From an uncultured Candidatus Binatia bacterium (GTDB taxonomy: Bacteria > Desulfobacterota > Binatia > UBA9968 > JAJDTQ01), in contig OZ219754.1 in assembly GCA_964291295.2 (NCBI GenBank), positions 1,760,001 to 1,824,000 on the forward strand: a stretch of DNA of 64,000 bases. Reading direction: 5' to 3'. Position 1 is the first letter of the stretch, and the number at the start of each line of letters is the position of its first letter. Below, piece by piece: positions 1 through 9,900 of this stretch. The notes beneath the pieces are model-generated. The model saw only the letters and a list, made by a program, of their open reading frames with translations, did not search any database and was not told the origin of the DNA. Made by a program: the position numbers and the translations under genes.

Positions 1-125
1 GCGATTATCTGTTGGTCGTGAAGGAAGATCGACTGGTGGGGATCGTCACCGAAAACGACATCCTCCAGCTCACGGCGCGGCTGCTGGAGCAGCTGGCCGG
101 GGAGGGGGTCCCCCATGGCGCTTGA
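1..125 (+). CDS. C-terminal end of a CBS-domain protein (partial, runs in from the left edge)
   Basis: Frame from nt 3 reads DYLLVVKEDRLVGIVTENDILQLTARLLEQLAGEGVPHGA*, matching the CBS motif 'LxVV...LVGIVTxxDI'; it overlaps the start of the next gene. Confidence 0.7.
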   Translation, partial: DYLLVVKEDRLVGIVTENDILQLTARLLEQLAGEGVPHGA

Positions 126-1296
126 ATCCTCGGCCCCTCCGGAGCACCGGTTCCCGCGCTTTCTGGGCAGCTACGGCGGCGATACCGCCGGACCGCTGGT
201 GGTGGGCGTGGGCGGCATGCACGGCAACGAACCCGCGGGCGTGCGGGCACTCCAGCAGGTGCTGCAGGCTCTGCACTCGGCCCACGTACCCTTCCGGGGC
301 ACGCTGGCCGGGTTCGCCGGCAACCGGGCGGCCCTCGCCCGCGGCCGCCGTTACGTGGACGAGGACTTCAATCGCGTCTGGTCGCAGGAACGCGTCGCGC
401 GCGCACGACACGGCGGTTTCTCCCCGAACGGGACCTCCGAGGAGCGGGAACAGCGCGAGCTGCTGGCGTCCCTGGACGCGCAACTGGCCCGGCGCCGCGG
501 GCCGGTGGTCTGTCTGGATCTGCATACCACTTCCGCCGCGGGCACCCCCTTCGTGGTCATCGGCGACACCCTGCTGAACCGCCGGTTCGCCTTGCGCCTG
601 CGCGCGCCGGTGGTGCTCGGGCTGGAGGAGCGGCTGGAGAGCACCATCCTCAACCATCTGGGGGAAGAGGGGCACGTGGCCGTGGGCTTCGAAGGGGGAC
701 AGCACGATTCGCCCTCGGCGGTGGCCATCCACATGGCGGCCATCCGCACGGTCCTGGCAACCGCGGGATGCATCCGGGCCGGCGACCTGCCGTTGCCCGG
801 CGACGCCTCCGACCCGGCGCCGGAAGATGCGCCGCCGGTGGTGGAGATCCGTCACCATCACGTGATCCGTGAGGGCGACGGTTTCGTCATGGAGCCCGGG
901 TTCCGCAACTTCCAGCCGGTGGAACGCGGACAGGTTCTGGCCCGCGACCGCCGCGGGCCGGTCCGCGCCCGCGAGTCCGGTCAGATCCTCATGCCGCTCT
1001 ACCAGGGACAGGGAACCGACGGCTTCTTCCTGGTCCGGCCGGTGCGGCCGTTCTGGCTGCGGGCGGCCAAGTGGCTGCGCCGCCTGCGCATCGAGCGGCT
1101 TCTGCCGGCGCTGCCGGGTATACGAAGGTACCCGAACCGACCCGGGACCCTGGTGGTGGATCCGCGCATCGCCCGCTGGTTCGTGACCGAGTTGTTCCAT
1201 CTGCTGGGCTTTCGCAAGCGGCAATCGCGGGAAGGCAAGCTGATCGTCAGCCGCCGCTGGCACGAGCCCCGTGCGCTTGACGAGTTGCAGGGTTAG
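115..1296 (+). CDS. Succinylglutamate desuccinylase/aspartoacylase family (M14-like) hydrolase
   Basis: GGMHGNEPAG, DFNR, LDLHTTS and FEGGQH motifs. Confidence 0.85.
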   Translation: MALESSAPPEHRFPRFLGSYGGDTAGPLVVGVGGMHGNEPAGVRALQQVLQALHSAHVPFRGTLAGFAGNRAALARGRRYVDEDFNRVWSQERVARARHGGFSPNGTSEEREQRELLASLDAQLARRRGPVVCLDLHTTSAAGTPFVVIGDTLLNRRFALRLRAPVVLGLEERLESTILNHLGEEGHVAVGFEGGQHDSPSAVAIHMAAIRTVLATAGCIRAGDLPLPGDASDPAPEDAPPVVEIRHHHVIREGDGFVMEPGFRNFQPVERGQVLARDRRGPVRARESGQILMPLYQGQGTDGFFLVRPVRPFWLRAAKWLRRLRIERLLPALPGIRRYPNRPGTLVVDPRIARWFVTELFHLLGFRKRQSREGKLIVSRRWHEPRALDELQG

Positions 1297-1762
1297 GGAA
1301 CATCGGATCAACCCCGATTTCGCCGGGGCTGCATGGATACCATCAACAGGTTGCGAGCAGCTCAATGTCGCGCCATCGCCTTGTTCAGCCCCTCCCCGGT
1401 CCCGGCATGCCATGGCCCTTCCGGATGGCTTCTTCCTCCGGGCGGCCGCCGCCGGGAGCCGGGCGGCAACCTGCCGGGATCGAAGAGGCCGTTGCCCGCG
1501 GCGCCCTTGCCTTGGCGGGCGGAAAGCCGCGCGCCGCTGTCTCGACGACCAAGCCGCCCGCACGGTCCCGCCATCCGGCGTGGAACGTTGGTCGCGCCTT
1601 GCCGCCCCGCCCGGCCGGTTCTCGAATCGCCGGCGATACCTGGAAGGAACCATCCGGGAGTGTTGCCGGGAAAATTGAAACCTGGACTGAAACCGGGGTT
1701 CGGATGGAGCCGGGGCGGGCGCCTTTCATGCGCGCGCCAGTGAAAGCGGGCGGTTCGATACC

Positions 1763-3595
1763 ATGACGTACAGGGGAGCCATGGCGGCGTTGGTGCTCGG
1801 CGTGACCGGCTGGCTCATGGCCGGGACCGGAGTCGCGCAGATGGCGCCGGAGTTCAGGACGGCGTCGTTGTGCGTGCCCGGTGCCGTGGACCGCCGCAAG
1901 GGCGAACTGCCGAGGCTGCTTTCCCGGCAGGACGCGGCGCTGTACCGAAGGGTCTTCACGCTGCAGGAGGAAGGGCAGTGGAAAGAGGCCGATGCGCTGA
2001 TCGGGCGCATCCGGGATCCAGTGCTGATGGGGCACGTCCGGTTTCAGCGCTTGATGCATCCCACCCGCTACCGTTCGTCCTACGGCGAACTCTGGACCTG
2101 GATGAACGCCTACGCGGACCATCCCGGCGCCCGGCGCGTGTACCGGCTCGCCAGGAAGCGGCAACCCCGGGGCTGGAAGTCGCCGAGGGCTCCCGCCCGT
2201 GCGGTGCTGGTATCCGAACTCAAGGCCGATCCGGTGTCCCCAAGGTCGAATGACCACCTCCGGACCGCCGAGGAGGCCGCCGACCGTTCGAGGGCGCGCC
2301 GGCCCGAGGTCCGCCAGGTTCATCGGAAGATTCGGGCGTTGGTGTCCGACGGCCAGGTGACCAAGGCCCTCCGTTTCCTGGAGCGGCCGCACCATGTCCG
2401 GGTTCTGGATGCGGTCAGCTTCGACCGGAACCTGGTCCAGATTGCCAAGGGGTACTATTTGTGGAACCGCGACCGCAAGGCGCTCGACGTGGCAAGACGC
2501 GCCATTGCGAGGTCGGGGGGCCGGGTTCCGCTGGCCTTCTGGTGGGGCGGCCTGGCGGCGTGGCGGCTGGACCAACACCGCGATGCCGCGCAGCTCTTCC
2601 GGACGCTGGCGGAGTCGAAATCGGTGACCACCTGGCTGGCGTCGGCCGGCGGCTACTGGGCCGGCCGCGCCTACCAGACGGTGGGCGCGCCAGGGCAGCG
2701 CACCGCCATGCTGCGCGCCGCCGCCCTGCATCAGCGTACTTTCTACGGCCTGCTGGCCCTCACCGCCTTGGGGGAATGCCCGCCGCTGGACTTCGACATG
2801 CTCCCGCTCAGCGCCGCCGACATCGACCACCTGCTGGGCATGCAACCCGTGCGCCGCGCCCTGGCCCTCGTTCAGGTCGGGCAGCATATGCGGGCGGGCA
2901 GCGAGTTGCGCCGATTCGCTCACCGCATGTCGCCGCAGCTGGCGCGCGTGATCCTTGCCCTGGCATCCGAGTCGGGCCTGGCCGATCTTTCCTACCGGGT
3001 CGCCGAGAGCCTGTTGAAGCGAACCGGCAGTCGGGTAGACGGGGTGGACGCGGCGCTCTACCCGTTGCCGGTGCGGGAGTGGGAGCCGGCCGGCGGGTAT
3101 ACGCTCGATCGCGCCTTTCTGTTCGCCGTGATGCGGCGGGAATCCAGGTTTCGCGCGGCCGCGCGCAGCCACCGGGGGGCCAAGGGGCTGATGCAGCTCA
3201 TGCCGCGGACAGCCGCCGTGATGGCCGGCAGGAACCACCTCGGGTCCGAACGCCGGGACCTGCTGGATCCGGTGGTGAACGTGACCCTGGGCCAGAAGTA
3301 CCTTCGCTACCTGCTGTCGCGGGACGAGATCGACGGCAACCTGTTCTACGCGCTTGCGGCCTATAACAGCGGTCCGTCACGGCTTCGGCAATGGCTGCGC
3401 AAGGTCGATGACCGAAACGACCCGCTGTTGTTCATCGAGAGCATCCCGGTCAGGGAAACGCGCATCTTCATCGAACGGGTGCTGACCAACATGTGGATCT
3501 ATCGGATCCGATTCGGGCAGGCCACCCGTTCCCTTGAGACCCTTGTCGCCGGCGGCTGGCCGATTTATGTCCCGCTGGACCCGGTCCGTTTCTGA
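1763..3595 (+). CDS. Soluble lytic transglycosylase (SLT domain) with signal peptide
   Basis: N-terminal hydrophobic signal; C-terminal RES..AxS.GAKGLMQLMPxTA, and AAYNSGP motifs. Confidence 0.9.
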   Translation: MTYRGAMAALVLGVTGWLMAGTGVAQMAPEFRTASLCVPGAVDRRKGELPRLLSRQDAALYRRVFTLQEEGQWKEADALIGRIRDPVLMGHVRFQRLMHPTRYRSSYGELWTWMNAYADHPGARRVYRLARKRQPRGWKSPRAPARAVLVSELKADPVSPRSNDHLRTAEEAADRSRARRPEVRQVHRKIRALVSDGQVTKALRFLERPHHVRVLDAVSFDRNLVQIAKGYYLWNRDRKALDVARRAIARSGGRVPLAFWWGGLAAWRLDQHRDAAQLFRTLAESKSVTTWLASAGGYWAGRAYQTVGAPGQRTAMLRAAALHQRTFYGLLALTALGECPPLDFDMLPLSAADIDHLLGMQPVRRALALVQVGQHMRAGSELRRFAHRMSPQLARVILALASESGLADLSYRVAESLLKRTGSRVDGVDAALYPLPVREWEPAGGYTLDRAFLFAVMRRESRFRAAARSHRGAKGLMQLMPRTAAVMAGRNHLGSERRDLLDPVVNVTLGQKYLRYLLSRDEIDGNLFYALAAYNSGPSRLRQWLRKVDDRNDPLLFIESIPVRETRIFIERVLTNMWIYRIRFGQATRSLETLVAGGWPIYVPLDPVRF

Positions 3596-3657
3596 CCAGG
3601 GACGGAGACCGATCCCGGTTCCGGGGATGCCGTCCGGGCCGGGCGTCGGGCGTTTCC

Positions 3658-4740
3658 CTACGGATGTACGTCCTGGGTGAACCATTCCGTGGGCAAGTTG
3701 CGGCCAACGCCCCTGGCGAGGGCCTCGCGGTAGACCTGTTGCGCCACCGCGGCGAACTGAAGGCCCTGGCCGACATTGTTGACGAAGGCCGTGGTCTCGT
3801 CCGGTGACTCTCTTCCCTTGACGGCGCCGATGATGGCTTGGGGCAGTTCCTGAAACCGGTCCCAGAGCGGGGTGGTGCGTTCGGACCACCAGCCTCCGTT
3901 ACCCTCCGGCGTCTCCACCGAAGGCGTGCGATAGACCTGCGGCCGGATGTTGGCCGGATTCCTGGAGAACAGGAACACCCGGTCGACGGCGTCGAGAAAG
4001 TCGCCGTCCATTTCCTGCACCTTGACGGCGCTGTAATGAACGCCGGGCCGCAGCCACCGGCGCTGGTGTACGGGTGCCATGGAGTTGGTGCCGCTCACCA
4101 CCAGATCGGCTCCCTCCACGGCCTCCTCCGCTGAAGCCACCGGCGTGAGCCGTGCCCCGACGCGCGGCGCCAGCTCCCGGCAGAACCGCTTCCGGTTCGC
4201 GGGATTCGGGCTGAACACCTTGACTTCGGTGATGGGCCGCACCGCGCAGTGGGCCATCAACTGTCCCCCTGCCTGCCATCCGGTCCCCAGGAGCGCCATG
4301 ATCGAACTGTCCCGCCGTGCCAGACAGCGCGCGGCGAGACCGTTGGCCGCGCCCACCCGCATGCGCGAGATATGACCATCGGGACAGATCATCACCGGCG
4401 CACCGGTCTCCATGCTGAACAGCAGCATGAGCCCGTTCCAGCGGCCGTCGGCCGAGGGCAGCCGGTCGCGCCGAATGTTGCCCCGGACCTCGGGCCACAC
4501 CAGCACGTCGCTGTTGATGCGCAGCGCGGCCATTCCCTCGTCCGGCCAGAGCCCGCTCATGGCCTTGAGGCTGTAGACTCCGCTGGCCTCGCCCGCGGTG
4601 GTGGGGGCCAGCGTGTCCACCCGCGGGCTGTTGACCGCCTCCCTGGCCTCCAGCGACCGTTGGGAGCGTTCGACGCAGTCCAGCGCCATCTCCATGGTCA
4701 GTATCCGGTCGATCTCTTCGTTGCTGAGCAGCAGTGTCAT
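3658..4740 (-). CDS. Ornithine cyclodeaminase/mu-crystallin family protein
   Basis: MRVGAANGLA, LLGTGWQAGGQL, VFSPNPANR and C-terminal GQGLQFAAVA motifs. Confidence 0.85.
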   Translation of the reverse strand: MTLLLSNEEIDRILTMEMALDCVERSQRSLEAREAVNSPRVDTLAPTTAGEASGVYSLKAMSGLWPDEGMAALRINSDVLVWPEVRGNIRRDRLPSADGRWNGLMLLFSMETGAPVMICPDGHISRMRVGAANGLAARCLARRDSSIMALLGTGWQAGGQLMAHCAVRPITEVKVFSPNPANRKRFCRELAPRVGARLTPVASAEEAVEGADLVVSGTNSMAPVHQRRWLRPGVHYSAVKVQEMDGDFLDAVDRVFLFSRNPANIRPQVYRTPSVETPEGNGGWWSERTTPLWDRFQELPQAIIGAVKGRESPDETTAFVNNVGQGLQFAAVAQQVYREALARGVGRNLPTEWFTQDVHP

Positions 4741-4779
4741 GGGTCACCCTCCGAAAGACGCCGATGCCGCGGGCTTCGG

Positions 4780-4810
4780 TTGACGCGCCCGGTATTTTTG
4801 GTCATATATT
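4780..4810 (+). promoter_or_regulatory. Possible sigma70-type promoter for tRNA-Phe
   Basis: TTGACG at 4780-4785 followed by an AT-rich CATATATT at 4803-4810, just upstream of the tRNA; spacing 17-19 nt. Confidence 0.45.
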
Positions 4811-4818
4811 TTCCACTT

Positions 4819-4891
<73 letters not shown>

Positions 4892-5577
4892 CCTTCTCCA
4901 CCCGCCAGAGCCTTGTCACGAGTCGCCTCGACTCCATGTTCATGTCAGCGATCTGTTCAACAGCGGCCTGTTCATGACAGCAGCCTCATCCTCGGCCTGG
5001 TTCCCGTACCTGGCCACGCCGACGGGCCACCCCGACCGGCCATCGCGGCGGTCCGGATGCGGCAGTCCGACCTCGGCGCCGGCCTCGCGCGGGGTGTGGT
5101 GAATGCGCATGGAGTTACCGCGTCAGGCGTGGCACAATCCGGGGCGTGGCACAACTTCAGGGTGCAGAGGCAGCGTGAACCGGTCATGATGGCCGTTCCT
5201 GCCCCGGAACCGAGTCGGTCCCGACTGATGCCGGGTTGAACCCGAAGCGCGCACCGGCGGGAAGACCGGCGCGAACGTCGAACGAAGCCCCTCCGGCCTC
5301 GAATACGGGCGGACCGCGGCGTCACGGGAATCGACGAGAACGCACACGGATGGCAATCAAGGGGAGACGGGAGCAGATACAAGGGAGCAGACCGAAGGGG
5401 TCGGTTCATGCCCTCAGGGGCAGCTTCCTGGCGGTGGAGCCCGCCGGATGAGCGCGGGCCCATCAACGCGCAGGTGCGTATCCGCGCCGTGAATGCGGGC
5501 GGAGGTGCGCGGCAGGGTTCGCGGCCCGGGCCTGCCACTGCGGAGAGAACAATGGACCACGAGGCGCTCCACGGAAT

Positions 5578-6723
5578 TTGATGCCGGCCATGAATCATCC
5601 CATGCTGGAAGCCGCCAGGGCGCTGTCTCCGGCCATCCGGTCGGCCGCGGACCAGATCGAGGCGGAGCGCGCGTTGCCGCGCCCGCTGTTCGACGCGCTG
5701 GCGGATGCCGGCCTGTTCAAGCTCGGACTGCCGCGCTCCCTGGATGGGGTCGAGATCGACCTGCCGGGATACATCGACGTGCTGGAGGAGCTGGGCAGGG
5801 CGGACGCCAGCACCGCGTGGGTCGTCAACCAGTGCTCGATCTTCGCCGCGTACGCGGCGCGCATGGCCCCGGAGGTGGCCCGGGCCATCTGGACCGACAC
5901 GCCGCGCTGTGTCGTGGCCAATACCTCCATGCCCACCGCCGAGGCGGTGGCGGTGCCGGGCGGCTACCGGGTCACCGGCCGCCACCGGTTCAGTTCGGGA
6001 TCCCGGCACGCCTCCTGGTTCGCCGCCCGGGCGTGGATTCCGGAGGCCGGTGAGCGGATTCAGAAGTTCCTGTTCGTGCCGGCGGACGAGGTGGAGGTGC
6101 TGGATACCTGGAAGGTGCGCGGCATGAGAGGCACCGGAACCCACGACTTCGTGGTGGACGGCGCATTCGTCCCGGTGGAGCGGACGGTGCGGCACCTGGG
6201 CGCCCCGGTGGTGGAATCCGGACCGTTGTACCGCCTGTCTCTCGTCCTGTTGTTCGCTTCGGGTGACGGCGCGTTGGCGCTGGGGGCGGCCCAGGCGTGT
6301 CTGGATGCGTTCATGGAACTGGCCGGGGCCAGGACGCCCCACGCCATTCAGACCACGCTGCGGGATCAGCCGGCGGTGCAGGAGACCGTGGGGCGGAGCC
6401 TGGCCGCGCTGGCGTCCGGCCGGGCCTATCTGCGGGAGGCGGTCCGCAGCCTGTGGGCCGAAGCCGCTTCCGAGGGTCCGGTCACACTGGACCGCCGCGT
6501 GGCCATGCGCCTGGCTGCGACCCACTGCATCCGGGTGGCGGTGCAGGTGGTGGAGAGACTCTACAACGCCTCCGGGACAACGGCGATATACGAAGGCAAC
6601 CTCATCCAGCGACAGTTCCAGGACCTGCACGTCATCAGCCAGCACCAGCAGGCCCGCCAACTCGCCTACGAATTCGCCGGCAGGCACGGTCTCGGGCTGG
6701 AGATCGAAACGACGCGCCTCTGA
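5578..6723 (+). CDS. Acyl-CoA dehydrogenase-fold flavin-dependent hydroxylase (HsaA/C2-like)
   Basis: GGYRVTGRHRFSSG, DTWKVRGMRGTGTHDF and QRQFQDLH motifs. Confidence 0.85.
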   Translation: MMPAMNHPMLEAARALSPAIRSAADQIEAERALPRPLFDALADAGLFKLGLPRSLDGVEIDLPGYIDVLEELGRADASTAWVVNQCSIFAAYAARMAPEVARAIWTDTPRCVVANTSMPTAEAVAVPGGYRVTGRHRFSSGSRHASWFAARAWIPEAGERIQKFLFVPADEVEVLDTWKVRGMRGTGTHDFVVDGAFVPVERTVRHLGAPVVESGPLYRLSLVLLFASGDGALALGAAQACLDAFMELAGARTPHAIQTTLRDQPAVQETVGRSLAALASGRAYLREAVRSLWAEAASEGPVTLDRRVAMRLAATHCIRVAVQVVERLYNASGTTAIYEGNLIQRQFQDLHVISQHQQARQLAYEFAGRHGLGLEIETTRL

Positions 6724-6734
6724 CCCGGCGCGAT

Positions 6735-6762
6735 CCTGGAGCCGGCGGCCGCCGGCTCCAGG
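6735..6762. terminator. Perfect 28-bp palindrome between convergent genes; probable bidirectional terminator hairpin
   Basis: CCTGGAGCCGGCGG-CCGCCGGCTCCAGG. Confidence 0.6.
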
Positions 6763-6775
6763 GCGGGTACGGCGG

Positions 6776-7636
6776 TTACAGCGCCACCGCCGATTCGTAG
6801 GGCTCGTCCAGGGGGGTGTCCTCGCCGAAGAGTTTCCGCGTCGCGATCCAGCGGTGTGTCTTCTCGTAGACCTCCCGGGTGTAGGGCTCGAAGACCATGC
6901 GCTCGCCGACGCCCATGGCGTTGACCTCCACCAGTTCGTGGTACTTCTCGGGCAGTTCCTTCAGGAGGTAGTGCCGGTAGCGCTCCGGTTCCATGTCGAT
7001 GTCGCGTTGCGCGCGTTGCAGGGCGTTGAAGTATTTCCTCGCGTCCTCTTCATCCGCGTCCGGCTCCAGCAGGAAACCGATCATGAAGGTGGTATCGACG
7101 ATCTTCCGGAAACCCTGCTGCTCCAGCACATACATGGGCGCGCCGAAAACGTTGCCCGCCGGCACCTCGCGGTCGAGCAGCCGCGCCATGCGGTCCAGCG
7201 GCCGGCCGGCGAACTGAAGCTTGATCTCCGAGGAATCAAGGATCGGCTCCAATGCCTGCAGCGCCGAAAAATGGCTCCCGGAGTGATACCCCACCGCGAT
7301 CTCGACATTGGCCAAGTCCCGGGGTTTGCGGCATTCGGACTCGGGCGGCACGTAGATGCCCGAGGGGGTGACCGAATAGGCATGCCCCCACATGCGGCCA
7401 TGTTGCCCGGTGGCGGCCACGTTGACCATCCAGTGACAGGCCGAACTGACCTCGCAGGCGCGCCCGTCCTTCATGTCCTCGAGGGCGCCGTGGCGAATCT
7501 CCCTGGATTCCTCCGACTGCTGCGAGACCAGGCCGTGGATGAACTCGTAGTCCAGTCCTTCGTCTCTGAAATACCCCAGATCCTCCGCCACCCACTCCTG
7601 CAGTCTGCCGTGCGGTTGTATGCGAAATATTGCCAT
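6776..7636 (-). CDS. ABC-type substrate-binding-fold protein (NMT1/SsuA-like), no clear signal peptide
   Basis: WVAEDLGYFRDEGLD, and DLANVEIAVGYHSGSHF motifs; start taken at MAIFRIQ. Confidence 0.7.
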   Translation of the reverse strand: MAIFRIQPHGRLQEWVAEDLGYFRDEGLDYEFIHGLVSQQSEESREIRHGALEDMKDGRACEVSSACHWMVNVAATGQHGRMWGHAYSVTPSGIYVPPESECRKPRDLANVEIAVGYHSGSHFSALQALEPILDSSEIKLQFAGRPLDRMARLLDREVPAGNVFGAPMYVLEQQGFRKIVDTTFMIGFLLEPDADEEDARKYFNALQRAQRDIDMEPERYRHYLLKELPEKYHELVEVNAMGVGERMVFEPYTREVYEKTHRWIATRKLFGEDTPLDEPYESAVAL

Positions 7637-7904
7637 GTTCCGTTCCCTCCCAAGCACTGGTTTTCGACTCGCACCTGGATGATTCACGTTAGTCCAGGGA
7701 GAGTTGCGCGTCAAGATGGAAAGGAGCCTGCGCGGGAACGATTTCGTGGCGCCATCGGCGGCTGGCGACCGTGCCGTCCGGCGGCGCCCCTCGCGGGACG
7801 CGGGCCCGGTTGGAATGGAACCCAGGGGGCGTATCCACGATGACGGGGCTTCCCGCCCGCGGGCGGGAAGCCCCGTACCCCGCGAGGTGGGGCGAGGCCG
7901 TGGA

Positions 7905-8552
7905 TCAGCGGCCCTCCTTTACCACCTCGACGGGGTCGGAAACACTCTGCCCGCCGCCGGTGGTTTCCCCGGGCGAGGTCACGAAGATCTGGTCCGCGTT
8001 GACCTGTCCGGGGGTGGCGCGGCTGGGTCCGTGCCAGGCGAAGTCGGCCGGAGAGTTGCCCGACCCCCTGAGCTGAAGCGAATGGCCGGCTTGCGTATTG
8101 TTGGTTTCACGGACACCGATGTCCGTGGCCGCAAGCCCTTCGGCCGGTCCCGAGGTTGCGGTAAAGCCGCCCTCGTAGCTCACGAACTCGACCACGTCGT
8201 TTGCCGGGTTGACCAGCGCGATGCCGTCCGGGGCGCCGTTCTCGATGCGGCTGACGGGAAACGACATCGTGCCATAGCCGGTCTGCTGGTCGGGAATGGA
8301 GCCCTCCAGGGGTATGGTCCGGTACGGCGCGCCGTTCTTGCCGTTGTAGAGCACGAGGCTCCACCCCTTCAGGTCGGTGCCGGCCGGACCGGCCACCTCC
8401 AGGGCCTCGTCGGCGTCGGTGCCGCGGTTGTCGTAGTGGATCTCGTTGATGAACACGTTCTGCCCCCACGCGGGCCACCCGGCCCCCAGCCACACTCCCA
8501 GGATCGTTGCGGCCCACAGCCAGGGCCCCAACCTTGTCGGAACTTTGCGCAT
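7905..8552 (-). CDS. Secreted lamin-tail-domain protein (domain usually N-terminal to ExeM/endonuclease proteins)
   Basis: RBS GAAGGAGGT, signal peptide, VFINEIHYDNxGxD..E..EVAGPAGTDLxGWSLVLYNG, NGAPDGIALV and FVSYEG motifs. Confidence 0.8.
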   Translation of the reverse strand: MRKVPTRLGPWLWAATILGVWLGAGWPAWGQNVFINEIHYDNRGTDADEALEVAGPAGTDLKGWSLVLYNGKNGAPYRTIPLEGSIPDQQTGYGTMSFPVSRIENGAPDGIALVNPANDVVEFVSYEGGFTATSGPAEGLAATDIGVRETNNTQAGHSLQLRGSGNSPADFAWHGPSRATPGQVNADQIFVTSPGETTGGGQSVSDPVEVVKEGR

Positions 8553-8871
8553 GGTTGCACCTCCTTCGCGCAAGACGTCTGATAATGCCGGGTTCATGCG
8601 CCCCGGCCCCTGCAGAACAAGATCGCCGGAAAGGCCGGAAACTTTAGCGCAGGGTGTGCGATTCCGGATCGGGCCGGGGAACGGAAGCCGTCCGGCGGCC
8701 GTGCCGAAGGACGGGCAGGGGGATCGGTTCACCAGACCCGACCGCCACGGCTCGGCGCCGACCCGCTTCAGGGCGTCCGGCGGTTCGCCGGCCCGGCCGG
8801 CGCACGGTCGCTGCGCGGCGCCGGTGTCTCCGGGAAGCGTATGGTCGGCCACGCCCGGGACCGGGTGGGAT

Positions 8872-8970
8872 CATGTCCGGGAAAGCTGCATGTCCGGGAA
8901 AGCTGCATGTCCGGGAAAGCTGCGCATCGACAGATGTGGATCACGATGCAGCTGTGGATCACGATGCAGA
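8872..8970. repeat. Tandem repeats: 3 x 17 bp (CATGTCCGGGAAAGCTG) then 2 x 18 bp (TGTGGATCACGATGCAGC/A)
   Basis: Units at 8872, 8889 and 8906; then 8935 and 8953. Confidence 0.95.
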
Positions 8971-9003
8971 ACTGTTATGAACCGGGATGGGGTTCCGGAC
9001 CGG

Positions 9004-9900
9004 ATGCGGATCTTTGCCATATCCGACGTGCACGTGGACTACGCCGAGAACATGGACCTGCTGCAGGCGTTGTGCGGGTCCGGCCACCTGCGCGACACCT
9101 TGCTGCTGGCGGGGGACGCCACCGACGATCTCGCCCGGTTGGCGCGGCTTCTCCGGGTGGTCCGGGACCGGTTCGCGCACGTGTTCTTCGTGACCGGAAA
9201 CCACGAACTTTGGGTCCGGCGCGGGCAGCCGGGCGATTCCGTGGCAAAGTTCGAGAAGATCCTGCGCCTGTGCGCGGACCTCGGGGTGGGCACGAGTCCG
9301 GCCAAGGTCCGTTCCGGTCCGGCGGACCCCGGAGCCTGGGTCGTGCCGCTGTTCTCGTGGTACGTCAAGCCCGAGCAGGGCGCGGACACCCTGTTCGTTC
9401 CCGGTCGGGGCGACGAACCCAGCCTCCCCATGTGGGCGGACGAGGTCCTGACCCGGTGGCCGGAAGGCCTCCGGGTGGCGGACCATTTGCTCGACAGGAA
9501 CGAGCGCCATCTCCGCGGCGACTACGACGCGCCGGTGGTGTCGTTCAGCCACTTCCTGCCCAGGAGGGAGTTGATGTTCCGCTCGGCGGCGGCGCTGCCC
9601 CCGCGGGCGGGCCGGGCGAGGCGGTTCAACTTCAGCCGGGTCGCGGGCAGCGCCCGGCTCGACGCCCAAGTCCGCGCGCTGGGCTCGGCACTCCACGTCC
9701 ACGGCCACCAGCACCGCAACCGCGACCGGGTCATTGACGGCGTGCGCTATGTCTCCAACTGTCTGGGCTACCCGCTGGAGCGGGCCCGCGGCGAGATCGG
9801 TGAACCGTGCGGGACCCTGAAGCTGGTGTGGGACACCGGCGGCGGTCCGCGTGCGGCGGCTCCCGCCGGGGCGGCCGCCCGCGAGTTGCTCAGTGAATGA
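9004..9900 (+). CDS. Calcineurin-like metallophosphoesterase
   Basis: SDVHVD, LAGD, GNHE, SHF and HGHQH motifs; alternative start at 8977. Confidence 0.85.
   Translation: MRIFAISDVHVDYAENMDLLQALCGSGHLRDTLLLAGDATDDLARLARLLRVVRDRFAHVFFVTGNHELWVRRGQPGDSVAKFEKILRLCADLGVGTSPAKVRSGPADPGAWVVPLFSWYVKPEQGADTLFVPGRGDEPSLPMWADEVLTRWPEGLRVADHLLDRNERHLRGDYDAPVVSFSHFLPRRELMFRSAAALPPRAGRARRFNFSRVAGSARLDAQVRALGSALHVHGHQHRNRDRVIDGVRYVSNCLGYPLERARGEIGEPCGTLKLVWDTGGGPRAAAPAGAAARELLSE

Noticed and set aside
1675-1700. TGAAACC direct repeat upstream of the lytic transglycosylase
   Set aside because: Only two 7-bp copies, which is too little to call a regulatory site
5126-5154. GGCGTGGCACAA duplicated; possible sigma54 promoter
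   Set aside because: TGGCAC is not followed by the TTGC -12 element at the required spacing
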